Assembly: GCA_965637545.1 (NCBI GenBank)
Contig: OZ281501.1
Location: 992,001 to 1,056,000 of the forward strand
DNA length: 64,000 nucleotides
Reading direction: 5' to 3'
Origin: Phallusia mammillata
Lineage: Eukaryota
Positions 1 through 13,700 of the stretch are shown one piece after another (positions within the stretch are counted from its first letter, which is position 1; every line of letters begins with the position of its first letter). Both the position numbers and the translations under genes were made by a program. The notes under the pieces were generated by a model. It did not search any database. It was not told the DNA's origin and saw only the letters and a program-made list of their open reading frames with translations.

Positions 1-115
1 AATCAAAAGGACAGCTTACTTCTGATCACATATTACATTTTGCCCTGTAGTTTATGATTTTTATCGGTGTTTAATTTACATCACAATTTTTCCTTTTTTG
101 TGTCACAATTCTCAC

Positions 116-2641
116 CCGTCGTGAGCTTCGCGGTCCAGTTTTTGTCGCAACGTGACCATTCCGGTATCCCTGTCTATTTTCACAAGCCTTGATGCGCTCG
201 ACTCCTCATCGCCCAAGTAGTAAACCATTCTCCCATTGTCTCCACTGTCAGCATCTTCCGCTCGGACTTGGACAATTGGCGAACCCGGATCGAGGTTTTC
301 CTGCAAAGCTATGACGTAATCTTGCTTCTCGAAAACCGGGTCGTTGTCATTTGAGTCGGTTACTCGGATTCTGATTGTCACGTGGTCGGAAAGAGGTGTT
401 TCACCGAGGTCACTTGCGGTCAATGTCACGTGGTGGTAGTGACTGCGTTCGTAGTCTGAGAACAAAAAGTAAAGTTAAACCAACTTTTTAAACCAAAGAA
501 TTTTAAGGTTAACTTGCAAATGCTTTGAAAGAACAAAAAACAAAAGCGAGGTAAAGCGACAAAAAATCATTGTAACACTAAACGCTTACCACAAAAACGG
601 TTTTTTCTTTGATGTTTAGCTCCTGGTTTCAAATGTCCAAGTACAAAACTAACTGATACAGCTTTACGCAACTAACTTATACGCAACTCTATTAGTATCT
701 AGTTATCTATGCTCAATTCCGTTTGATCGGTGCGGGACAGGTTACTTACCCAACTCTTTCAGAATCAGGAGATTGATGTGGGTTCGTCCTGTCTCGTCCT
801 CGTCTTGCAAGATTTGAAAGTAGTTGTTGTTCGAAAGTGTGTATCTGATCATCGAGTTATTGCCTGCGAAAAGTCAAAGTTTTCAAACGTATGCCCAAAA
901 CTGAGGAACATAATACCACAAGCAGTTTTTGTAGGTTTCATATGAACGTCAAGATTGCGTCATTCAAAGTTACAAGTTGTGTCAAAATGCACAAAGATGT
1001 TTTTGGTAAGAATATTGAAAATCCTGCTGTCCTCCCAACTATGTGCCATAAAGAAGCACTTAATATTGTTCAAGTAGACTCCTTGATTTCGTGGCGCAAG
1101 CATAGATTAGATGATGACAAGTACGACAAATTCAAACTGATAGTTAAACTCCCACAGTCTGTAGAAATTAACAACCCTTATGCGATACGAAGAAAACATC
1201 AGTCACCAAAAGGGAGGATATAAAATATCGATAGACTGTCGGGTAAATTTAATTCGAACCTGAATCTTGATCTCGAGCTTGGAACTGGTCCAGGTTGATG
1301 ACGTCACCTACTGCTATGCTTTCTGTGACGTTTATTTCGATGGGTCGGACCGGGAAGGCTGGAGCGTGGTCGTTTATGTCATTGATGACGACTTCGAGGT
1401 TGAGAAGAGAGAAATAAGCTTGAGGAAGCATCACCGCCTGATGTAAATATTTAATAAAGTTTTAGTGTTGTTGGGTACTCGGGTGAAAATTGTGTCAAAA
1501 TAAATTTTGGGTTACTTAAGCCACAAATGAAAGCGTACATTGTGTGGAACACAAAAAAGGTATTAAGCGTTATTCACATGACTTTTGTTGAACAACATAT
1601 TGACGTAATTGCACAGTTTATGATGACAAATCGACAATGTCTTTCTAAATAATTTATGACATTGTACATTTTCATCAAAAAATGAAACATTTTACCAAGT
1701 AAAACATTCTTTTGGTTATATGTTTTTACGTTTGTAGTTCTTAGCTAAACATTAAAAACCAAAGTTACAAACGCAACAAATAGTCTGTACTATTAGACTG
1801 GACATTATTAATTTAAGTTGAAAGGCAGAAAAAAAAACGAATTTGTCTCCATTACCTGAACTTTGATTACACATATCTTAGAGCCTCTACAATCCACATC
1901 TCGGTCAATCCTGTGTTTTAATGTGATTATCCCAGTTTTGTCGTCGAGTTGGACGAGATTTGTTCGAGGTGGGGAAGCAGAGAATGAAGATAGAACTAAT
2001 TTCTGATGGATGAGTTTAAAGTTTCTAAACTTGGCTTCTTCCCAACCCAACTTAAAGACGCTTTTCAAATCACTGACAGTGGTTCCTAAAAATAAAATAT
2101 TGCGTATAAGGTCCTTAAACAAAAGATAATTTTAAACTCTCTTTATCTGAGATAGGAACCGTTTCAAAACTTGCAATGTTGTATTTTTAAAACAGATACT
2201 TTTTTAGGTACACAAGACACGGACTTAAATAGTAGCTTTACTAGAAAACAAATTGCCAGCGAAGTAGAATGAAACGTATTAAACGAAACGTCTGATTAAT
2301 AAAATGAATACGTTTTATTCTACTTCACTGGCAATTTGTTTTCTAGTAAAGATATTTTTTTCGAAACACAATATTCTATTCGAATAAGGTCCCAATCACG
2401 CATACATGGTGTGATTACATGAGCAAGATAATAAACTGCCCAATGATATTTTTTTAAACATTCATCTTGAACTGCAATACGGTTGCTATTACTGCCGAAA
2501 CTGTTGTAATTGATTCTTACCAGGTGCGCTCTTTTCATCCACAGGGACTTTTAATGTAAAAGTTTTTGAATCCTTTCCGTGTGTCGTCCTTAGTGTTAAC
2601 GTCAGAAACAGTAACGCTACGGAGATGCCGCACCAATGCAT
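116..2641 (-). CDS. Protocadherin, 5' part (signal peptide and first cadherin repeats); continues beyond the left edge
   Basis: GT-AG exons join in frame: 2641-2521 (MHWCGISVALLFLTLTLRTTHG signal peptide), 2085-1856, 1437-1260, 863-750, 455-116. Cadherin Ca-binding motifs DINDHAPAF, ARDQDSG, LDYE, DSNDNDPVF, AEDADSG, LDRE. EC1 has RIDRDVDCRGSKIC, the Cys-X5-Cys typical of protocadherins. Confidence 0.92.
2236..2351. repeat. Near-perfect inverted repeat (45-bp arms, 26-bp spacer) in a protocadherin intron
   Basis: 2236-2280 is the reverse complement of 2307-2351 with 2 mismatches. The spacer and right arm resemble the reverse complement of ~29090-29143. Confidence 0.85.
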
Positions 2642-4539
2642 AGTGTCTGTAAATAGAAAATTAAAATGTTAACACTTTATAGCGGACAAGTGCCATGCCT
2701 AGACATATCTAGTCAGGTTTATGTAAAAGAACATCTACAAAAAGCGCATACTTGATATTTGCCTCGATAAACAATAAACGGTAATTATATAATATGTCGG
2801 TCAGCAACAGTTTGTTCAGTTTGAAAACTGTCATATCGTTTTTGTGGTAAACCTTTCACCCTTTTTGCCTCATTCAAAGATATTTTAAAATCACCTATTC
2901 GAGCATATTGATTCTACGTAACGTCTTGCCGTTTTATGAACACTTGTCTAAAAAAACGAAGTCTGCAACCGTAAACAATTCTCGTTGCCCAGCTAGCCCA
3001 AATTTTTTTGCTAGCCCTTCCTGGTATAATTCAAACACATAGAAGCGGATGCAGCTGTAGACAGGTGACAGACTTAAGTCTATAATCCAAAGTAAACTGG
3101 CGTTAAGTCTCTGGGTCGGTAAAACAGCTCAACTGCAGCAACCATCACAAACGCCCCAAACTTTGACTGATGGGAAACCAAGGGAATACATCCATAAAAC
3201 TGGTCGCTCCATCGCTTGAATGCTTCAATCATAGTGCAACCACAAGTGGCGATAAAAATGCTTTAAAACTAGTTTGTGGCAAAATCATTATCGGTTATCA
3301 CTGTTATATGCTTGGTTGCTTTGAACGTGAATTTCCTATCCCCTTGTATCTGTATTATTTTAACGAAACCGACTGGAAAATCTCTTTCAAATTGCCACAA
3401 CGTTAAACAACAAACAACTGATAATTTTGTCTACAATGTTTGAATATGACCGACTGGAAAGCTGCCGTTAAAGTATCACAACTTAAACTGACGAAACTGA
3501 ATCAGAAAAACCGACTAAACGCGCAAAGTTGAACTCATAAATATCGCAATGTTTGTGGGAAAACTGTAACTGACAATTCCTCGCAGACAGTGCGGCTGCA
3601 AGTTCTCATTCTCGTTCCAATTCGTTTTGCAAGTGCATCGTTTTCACACGCAACTGTCCAGCGGCGCGTGCAAGCCGCAACCTGACTAGACAATGCATGA
3701 CCCTGAGTGCACGGTGCTGTTGTTGCTGTTGCTTTAAACGTTCATCGGTTGTCGTCAAACAGGTACACGACACCAGAAAAGGGCACAACGGGAACTGCAA
3801 TAGAACCGGAGTGATTTGAGATTACCAACCGGCGGCCTTTTGTTCTTATCGACGCCAGAGCGATTACGCAAGTCACAGACATCATAGCAGACGCACAAGG
3901 CCCTTGCAATCCACATATATGTATCATTTCAGTGGTTTTTCGCATGGGAAAAGACCACACCACATAACAATCGGAAGTAATTGAACTTTGTACACGTTTT
4001 TGACCTTTTGGTTCAATATATATATATGGCATCAAGGTCTTGCATCAAATCGAAAAAACCAAGCAATAATGCCTGAAGGAAATTTCACACTTTTAAACGA
4101 ACCACGTCTTGAAAATTTTTCGACCCACCCGGTTGGGTCCAGTAGCAAAATCACCCCTCGGGGTCACAATGTGGGGTCGAGCGGACAAAAGATGGCCATG
4201 AGAGACCCACTCGATTATGAGGCAACCGGACGCCGTGTGAAAACCGCTTGGGCTGGAAAGCGGCAAGACGGTCAAGGGCTGGAAAAATATTTGCCTTCGA
4301 ACGGCCAAGAGAGAAGTCCCAGGCTATATTGACTTTGCGACGAACTTGCCTGCACACTTGGCTGGCTTCGGCTTGTTTAGATAAGTTTAAGCCGCTCTTT
4401 TGGACTTTCAGACGTGGGCTCTTCAATTTAGGCGGTCTTAAGTCGCTCACACGGACGCTAGGCGTGATATTATCTTGCAACGTTATCCGCTTGGTTGCTT
4501 GGTGAATCGCACCTCTGCGCCCCAGACAGTCAGAAAACT

Positions 4540-4715
4540 TCCGCCCCTTTATACACTTAGCAAGCAATAACAGGAACAAGTGCGCAGAAGTAAAGGGTAT
4601 GAATCGTGGGATCCTGTGGCAAGTTGATCCGCTAATGAATCTCTATGGAACAGTAGACACGTGGTCACGTGATAAATGCACTTGACTGACCTCGTAATTG
4701 GGAACAGCGATTGGA
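4540..4715 (-). promoter_or_regulatory. Candidate core promoter of the protocadherin
   Basis: On the - strand: CCAAT (~4710), CACGTG (~4666) and GTATAAAGGGGCGG (~4542-4555) in a GC-enriched stretch. The first coding exon has a splice acceptor 5 nt before the ATG, so an upstream non-coding exon or trans-splicing is required. Motif match only. Confidence 0.3.
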
Positions 4716-7700
4716 CCGGCGGGGATAATTAAATTATACAGGAAGTTCGACAGAGACCTCGCTTAAATGCATTACATAATTTTATCAGACTTCATTTATA
4801 TTTCTTATAATACACACATTGAGAGTTTATCTGAATATGGACGTATACTTTGATCACTACACATGGCTATTTATCATTTAAAATACCCGCTGTATTCGCA
4901 ACGCTCTTGCCCAATAAGCTAAGATTTAAACAGGACCAACTATGAGTTAACATTGACGAACCTAAATTTAATCATTTACAATGGAAACTAAAGTTTAAAT
5001 TTCATCAAAAATGTCACAACCCTGGCCAATGCATTGCATCCCGCACTTATGAAAGAAGTGATTTAATTTAAAAGTTTGTCGACGGCAATTGAACGCTCAG
5101 GGACCTTGTGCACCTTTCGAATACGGTCACATCATCATTACAAATCACGGTTGCTTAACTATGCATTAAATGCGCACGTGCCAAAGGAGACATCAGAGTA
5201 AAATTTCATTTTCTCGTGGAAAGGCAACTTCATTCATTATTCACGACGCTGGCGAATTGGCAAAGTTTGCCCTCCATTGTCGACGTCATTAAAGTTTAAT
5301 TAGTGACGTGATTATGACACAATTACTTGGCACCGCAGACCGCAGAAACAACTAACTTTAAATCAGTGCCTTAATAAGTGCCACCGTAAAATTTGCATTT
5401 AAAGCACTAGACCTACTTTAAACAATAAGGCATTTTACTCGAAATGACAAAACACACCATACCGCCAAGATGACGTCATATTCACCAAGTTTTTTTACAT
5501 TACGTACAATTTGACCTTAGACTGACCCTCTGTTACGTGAAACATCAACTTGACCTTCACAATTCATTGAGAACGATTTTTCTAAACTAATTCTAGCAAC
5601 ATGGAAGAACTTAACTTTAACACAGAAAATTGTTAACCTCAAGCACAAGAGCAGCAGGGCCAATGGCACAGGCAGACAATAAATTGCGCTAATTAAACGT
5701 TGCCCGTTAACACACCAAAGCATTTAGTGCCGTTCAATAGTCATTACTTAATTGGATTCAATCTGTTATGCATGGAAACCACGCGATCGAAAATCACCTA
5801 TACATTCACCAAAAGAAGATGAATAAGTTCAAATGTGTGTTTGTTAATAGCGGAACATAGACAATATTGTAAGATGAACATAAATTCATAATTGGGATCA
5901 GTCCTAAAGCGTTCATTACTGGTATTAGCCCTAAATATCACGGCACAATAAATTATTTCATATTGATTTAGCCGGATTTCAAATCAACCAAGTCTTACGT
6001 TATCGGCAGCAACTATATTCAAGTCATACCAGTAGAAGATGTTCTAATTTGACAAACATTTTAACTTTATAAAATTATTTTTAGACACAAATTATATGTC
6101 TCGTTGCATTCGAGTTTTATGCACCAAGCAATTGTATCGATTTAGGTCACCGATCTGGTTAAATTTATTGAGGCGGAAGATTTTCTGGCGTGAAATCAAC
6201 ACACCACAAACAAAAGTTATTGCACGATTGATCGCCTTTTTATCTGAACTGGGAATCGCTTTCGAACTTGAAATGCGTTGCCTACTTTTTACACATATGT
6301 ATATTCCAAACACGATTTGTTATTTTAACTATTAACTGACGTTGCCATTTAAGAGAAACATATTTGGTGTTTGCTCTGTCCGATTCTGTTAGATTCAAAC
6401 ATGTTTAAACTTTTTTACGAGAAACCGACCATGTTGTCTGAGAGATATTGCCCGTTTCTAAACCCTTTTATATGTACTTTGTTTTGGTTGCGAATGGAGA
6501 GAAATAAACCTAAACGCCATTGAAAATTTGCAGTCTATTGGCTTGCTTAAAGCACTTGTCATGTCAATTTTCGCATTAGCTGGTAGCATACCAAGGAAGT
6601 ATATCCCGGAAATTGGATTACTCGCTGTATTCAGGTAGCAGTCGCCAAAGCCACCGAAAGACCGTACTAAAGGAAAACTTGACGTAAACGTGGAACTTTT
6701 CCAACTTCAAACTCTTAATGATTACTCAAAAAATTCTAAGTGCCAATATGGATGCAAGTTAGAAATTGCCGTTCCAAATTTCTTCCAAAGGAACCAATTA
6801 CAGCAGTAGTTGAAGCAACAGGTCGATGCAGTGTAAAAGGTGATCGATAGTTTGACAGACCTCTGGCGCCCTTAGCTTGGAATTGTGCCCACTGGGGGTG
6901 CGGTGTGCTCCCCCAAACCAAAAATTGATATGATTGATTGCGATGTTTTGACCAGGTGCTCCTATTTCCTGCCTGGTAGGGCTAGACCTTATTAGGCAAC
7001 CTTTGCCACCAACCTTTTAGGAAACAAAATCTTTCGAGACAAATACAACGAATCTATAACGTAACATTGTAAAATATTACTGTATTGTCTGTTTGTTTCA
7101 CTTTGATCTCGCTGCGGTGTTGTTTATACGGAGTAGCTACAAAACTCACTTAATGAAAATAGCATTGAGTCCGGCGTATTTGTGGGGGATGTACTTTATG
7201 TACGGGGGGATCAATCACCTTTTGACAATGAGACTTAACGGTAAACCTACAATCCCAACAGTTACAAAACGCGCCCAGACACAAATTCATGTTCAATTCT
7301 GTTGTTTGAGCTGAGGTTGAAGATGCAAAAGGATTTGATTGGCGCCAGGGCCGAGCCACATAACGTGCTACTGTGTTGTCGGTGTCTAGCAGTGGTTTCC
7401 ATTCCACTGACTTGAACTTTTAGTCGAAGATTCGTTGGTTTTGCTCGCGTGGCCCTATTTAGTTATGGAAGCAATTATCGCGGTTTCCCCAAGTAAAGTT
7501 AGGTCTATGAACTGTTGTTGGTTCGCAAACATCGGCGCCAGACATAGAATATCGATGAACACGTGTTTAGTAATGGTGTGAGGTTCAGTGTATGGAAAGC
7601 GACTAAAGTGGTAATGTTAGTTAACCTGTCAATGGCTTTTGTATTAAAGTGTATTTTTATGTAAAGGTCGGACTGGTATGAAGTTATAAGTGAGAACGGT

Positions 7701-10700
7701 TGCATGGGCTAAAGAATACTCTACGCGTTATTACAAAGTATGGCCCTTGACCCCAGAGGCGTCTACGTTTTGGATAGTTCTAATTTTATTGTATTTTATT
7801 ACCAGAAAAACGTGAGTTGACTAAAAGCACTGAAAAGTTCAACCTTGGTTTTCGTTATTAGTCGCATTTTGTGTTATTTCGTGTATGTTTTGCCCATCGC
7901 AATACGAAAACAAACAACCAAAGGCGTTTTAGGAGTGTAATTGTTTAATTAAGGCATACAAACGTTGCACAATTTCAATTTAAGCTAAAATTGAAGCTGT
8001 TTGAATTTCCACCACTTTAACAATAAAACGACAAGCCAACCTTGGTGTACTGAAACTTTGGGTCAATATTTTTAAAAACAGGAAGTTGAAGTTAAGCCCA
8101 GAAACATAGCGTGTGCGTCGCCACCCGACCGTGACCGTGACCGTGATGGGACCCACGTGACCGAAAACACTTGTTTTCAACAAATTATCGAAAAGTTACA
8201 ATCGTGGGCGTCGTGACGTCACAATCAGTAACGCGATCCCGAGTGTTTTTTGGGGTAACTGGGGTCACACGACACCACGGTTGTGGGTTGGGGGTAAAAA
8301 GGGGACCACGATAACACAATAAAATTCCCAATCACGTCACCCCTCTTATACAATAGACTTGTTTTTTCACATGATTTTAGACAACATGCATCAGTTAATA
8401 AGTATTTTCAAAACAAAAACACCGCAGAATTGACAAGATTTTTAACTTACAATTTTAATAACTTTTTAATAACTTGCAACCCAAAGCTTACAACAGATTT
8501 GTTTTTCACATAACTTTAGAGAAATATATCAGCTGCTAGGCGTTGACAAGAGTAATTTCTAAATCGTATTTTAAAAATATAGAAACCAAGGCTCACCTTT
8601 GAACTTGGCTGTTCAGTTGATTGTCTTCAAGTTTATTCCAATCCAATTATTATGATCCAAAGCTTTCAACAAAAATTCTAACAACTCTTCATTAGTATTT
8701 AATTTACGAACTACAAAGTTTCTTTTTCGTTTATCTGAAAAAGAGACGATTATGTTTAAATCTGTTTTTTTTACATCTATTTTATCAAAGACAAAACAAC
8801 AAACAAACTGTTCTTGTATGCCTCTTTTCTTGTACTTGTAAAGCGTTACTATTGAACTGTACAAGCGTTGCTATTGAATACGGCAATAAAGTCAAACCAA
8901 GCAATCTGTCATCTGTACAAGCCTACAGCACTGCGGTCTCCCACGGTATCAATCGCTACGAGCAGGGAGTGTTAAAACTTGTACGTATCAGCATCTGTTG
9001 TCAGCCCATAAACTTTGCAAGGCGATGTTACACGCCCATTATTATCTCTTTGCAACCCGCTGTGTGTCTTAATCACTAAAGACACCGCCCACTTATAGCG
9101 CTTGTTAGCCGCACGCGCCCATCTTGCAATGATTCAGATGTTTTGATGCTAGACGCCGCCGTCAGGCGTCTGATCTCCCGCCGAACAATCGCGAATGCGT
9201 CGGGCTCTCCAAGGTAATTACGACTTGCCTTTGATGAACGAAAACACAATGGCAGGTGTTTTACACCTCGTCTGAGTTTAATTAACTTGTGACGGTGAAA
9301 CAATGCAACCGCGAACCACGATAACAAGGCATATCGATGTGGTCAAAAATTAATTTCATGCCACCGGTGCACGTCAAAATATATTATGCAATGCCGCCCG
9401 TTTGAACTATTGCCCTGTAGATTCGTTCCACTGCGACTACGTTGGTTATTTCAAATCGTTTTTGGTGTTTACTGAATAAAATTTTACTTCCAAGCTCCCA
9501 ACTGTTCTATGAATTATGCGAATATGTCGTTAGTTAAACTTTGATTCTCAACTGTTTTTTCTTCTCCATGCTGCATAATTTAAAACAATCTTTCACACAG
9601 TTTAATTCTATTATCAAACTTTGTCGACAAAATTAATGACTAAATATCTCATCTCAACAAAGTCTCGCCTTCCACAACCTTAAACTTTTAAACCTGCTCT
9701 GAACGTGATGACGAGCAATAGTTCAAGTAAAACGTAAACAGAACCAATGTGAGTAGTTGCATTTTACGAGCTGAACACACTACAACGTAAAACACTAAGT
9801 CACTACGAAATGTGATAAACCTTTAAACGAGAAACTCGCCAGACTGAAAACGCGAGAAAAAGGCATCGAGGCCTGCAGACTGACCGGCGTGGAGACTCAT
9901 TAGAGCGACTGCGAACCTCTGATGAATTGCGAACAATAGAACAAGGCAAGATCTTGTTGTTTGTTTCATCGCTTCATGCGACTAATTACACCCGCTGTAA
10001 TCCGGTCATTAACACCCGAACATCTTTGCGAGGTATTTCGGTTCATTGAGCGTTGGATTTGTAATGAAATAATTGAGAACAAATAAATCCAGTTTTGATT
10101 GACACCGATATAATACGAACTTAGTCCTACACCCGTAGTCGTGTTAGAGACAAAATAATTGTAAAAAACTACAACGGTGTACGCATTTAAGTTAAACACT
10201 AATCCAAAGGGATATTTGCCAAAACAAATGAAAATACTTTATTGCAATCGTTATCATTTATTGCATTTCCATGTGGAAGCATTTTATTCTAAAAAATACA
10301 TTTTAACAACAATTAAATTACTTGAACTAAATCTCACCCTTCTTAAGTTTAACACCATTCCATAATAACGAGAACACATATTAACGTTGAAGTTAACTGA
10401 CCAGAATTCCTCAATCCGCCTTTTGGTGGAAATCGTCGATCAGCAAAGTTGAATTTAATCGCTTTAAAACGACGGAGGAGCGCAAGAAAAACTTCCGAAA
10501 CCCCTCGGATCCGGGGTTCGCTATCCGACATTAATCCAGGCATAATGAGCTTGGGGTGATTTGTTGGCAAACATTCCGTAAAGCTGTTTTAACCCTGGTG
10601 GACTCGTCCCTGGCAAAGGTATGCACGATTTCTGCCTCTAAAGCACTCCAAGTCCCGGTTTGCATGAACGACAATGCGTTAAGGCAGCTTCTGAACGTAT

Positions 10701-13700
10701 TATCGCAAAATTCATGATGCCTTCATCGTTTTCCTGAAGCGTGGTATAAGTTGTACGAGTTAGACTTAATTTACGAGCCTAAATGTTGTATTCAAAGTTC
10801 TAGAACTTGTAATATTGCGATATTGCTTGCGTTGATTGTGAAACTTATACAAGATCTTCTCGTAGGATTTGAGACAATTGTCGGCATGTTCAAAGTTTTT
10901 ACTCTTAAAACAAGATTTTCCAAACCATTAACATTGCCAACATATCCATAGCTTGTCACCAAATTGTTGCATCTTCAGTTAATGAACGAATACGAGGACA
11001 TTAAAATTGTGTTGTACATTATTTTCCCACTTCGACATGCTCATTTGCACGCATACATCGTTTTACCTCTTGAAAAGCATCTAATCAAGTTTTACTTCAC
11101 ATTGGAACGATGCCAAACATCAAAAAGGGCAATGGATAATTATTGAAAACCTCTCGGAACATTCACACGACCGATATGGCCTCCTAACTCCTTCCTATGT
11201 ATGTAAGGCTACAATTACCAAGACTTAAACACCTTCATAGGGTCTCGTGGTAAATACGACTTGGAGCATGGGAACGTTTGACTAATTGTTACTTGTGGTC
11301 ATGTTTGAAGGGTAATTACCTAAAAAGACGTTTTCTTGACCAAATATTTTTAGGAAACCTTTCTACAAACTGCGTTTAAACTTTTCACATGAATGAAAAA
11401 CAAGTGAATGAAAGCATTTGTCTTCTAAACATTAAAAATGCGGTTTAAGGCAATAGTATTTTTACTGACTTTGTGTTATTTAGGTTTAAAGTAAAACGAA
11501 CAACTGAACGTTAACGCACTATAATACACATGAAAATTCCCCGTATATCCCGTTATACATGTCCTAAATATAATCACACGCCCCTCTTGTTTCCATAGCA
11601 TTTAATTACACGCTCTCAGATTTAATCATCTTGGAAAACCCATCAGTGTATTAACTGCCAACAATATAAAGGTTGCCTTATCTATACTCGCAACATACAC
11701 TGTTCCTGAGATTGAGGAAATTTTAATGAAATATCGCAAGAACTTTGGTCGCTACTGCACGAAGAATTCGCACCGGCGACGGATTGTCCGGTGGCGTCAG
11801 GTCTTAATCAAATCTCCTAATATTGGAATAAGTCGTCACACCCCAGCGCTGGACCTCAAGTTTCATTGTAACACGCGGCAGCAGGTCTCCTGCATCTGGG
11901 CTAATCCTCGACACCGCAGTAAACCAAACAAACACCGCGCGGTAATACCAAGTTTAACTGAGTCAGGATTGTTTGAGCACAGGCGGATTTCGGTTTACCT
12001 GGTTCCATGCAAACGTGACGAAACCTTGTAAGGATTACAGCAGAGGTTTTTGACCTGTCTTTGTCATCCGGCCTAAATGCCGTTGATTGGACAAACAATG
12101 TGGATAATCGCATGTCTCTGGTTTGGCTACCGATAAAGGTATTTCAGGCAGAAATTTGCAACAATATCTATTGTAAATCCTAGTAAATTGATTCTGGGAA
12201 TCATTCCCTATTCTGTTATCATTTTGGTTACGATTTCCATATTTTGTATCATGTATCACAAGATTGGAAACTTACGTAGCAAACCTATTATGAGAAAGAA
12301 ACGAAAAATAAACGTTTCCAAACTTGTATTATCTATTGTAGTTTGAAACCAACTGGCCTTAATACACGTGAAAAGGGACATGTTTTATAATAAAAGGTTT
12401 TGACCAATCGTGTCATTCTTACCCAAATGCATTGCCAAGCTATTCGGCCCAATTACAAACTTTTAGTTTTATCGCGAATTGATAAATTATTAAAAACCTA
12501 CATTGCAGCTCCAGTGCAATGTATCAACAGACGCGCAACGATTCTTGAAGCAAGTTCAAACACTTATACGCTGTCACCCACAAACTTTCAAAAAAAATCT
12601 CTTGTAGTCACGTGATGAAGCACCCATTTCGTGCCGCTTCAAATTTCAGCGTTATTTAGAGCGGCGCTAAAAATAGCTCCCGCAAACACACTGTGTGTTT
12701 TGCATCATACACGAATTGAACGTTTACTGCTTGCTATGATGTACCTGAGCAGGTGAAATACAACCCTTATACCGCTTTTCTACTCGTAATTACACTAAAC
12801 AGGGAGCGGTGTTACCAGAACGGGCGCAGTCGGCTTGTGAACGCCCGCAATTAACGAATTAGTAACCGTATAGTCTGGTTATTCTTGTTCAGAGCAAATC
12901 TCGGCATTGCGTTGCGGCTGTTGCTCGTAAAGTCGTCGACAAATCCGCTTTTCGGATTGTTGACATTCGATGGACGTTTCAGTAGTGAGAAAAATTCGTT
13001 TTTCCGACAGGTATGGATTAGGTGTGTGTACGTACACGCATTACAGGTAGACTTTTCACTGCCTTGACTACACAACATTTAAAATCCCCAAAAGAATCCT
13101 AAAGCCAATTTCTGAGAAGTTTAACAATCGTGTATGTCGTTAATTTGTTTTGAAAGGTAACTTTGCCATCTCTTGAAGCATTAAATTTGTTTTACCGACG
13201 CACTAAGAATAAGACTAGATGTCACAAACAGCAACACACCAGCCTTTGTAACACATATTTCACCGTGTAGGATCGAGCTGGAAACATTTTTCCCAAACGA
13301 TCATTCGCGACAAAGCAATCACATGTAAAGTGCTCATAGACGGTCGCCATCGCCGCTGAAAATTGCTTGAAATTGCCTTTCGACAGACGTAGCGCATCCA
13401 TCAGCTCATGGCATCACATATTGCGACATGTTTATCTGTTTACGTTGAAACTTCGAACGAGTTCTTATCGTCTGACTCGGGGGAAGTGGAAATAAACAAT
13501 AAGACGTTATCAAAGCATTTCGGTGTCGGCTTGAAGTGACCGAATGATGCGAGCTACCGACAGGAAATTTGGTGTTAAATAAGTTTACCTAATGCATTAC
13601 TTGCTCCTAATGCATTACATTAAAATATATTATCGAGTATAGGCATCAAAAATTCTCCACTCTTTGTTTTGCGATTAGCTAACAATATATTTTAACTCAG

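Noticed and set aside
730-1223. + strand ORFs 730-945 and 891-1223
   Set aside because: Antisense to a protocadherin exon and intron; no recognisable protein.
3988-4579. Overlapping 71-142 aa ORFs on both strands
   Set aside because: No domain or splice context; best explained by higher GC near the probable 5' end of the protocadherin.
9919-9945. CTGATGA followed by a hairpin
   Set aside because: No GAAA after the stem and no stems I or III; not a hammerhead.
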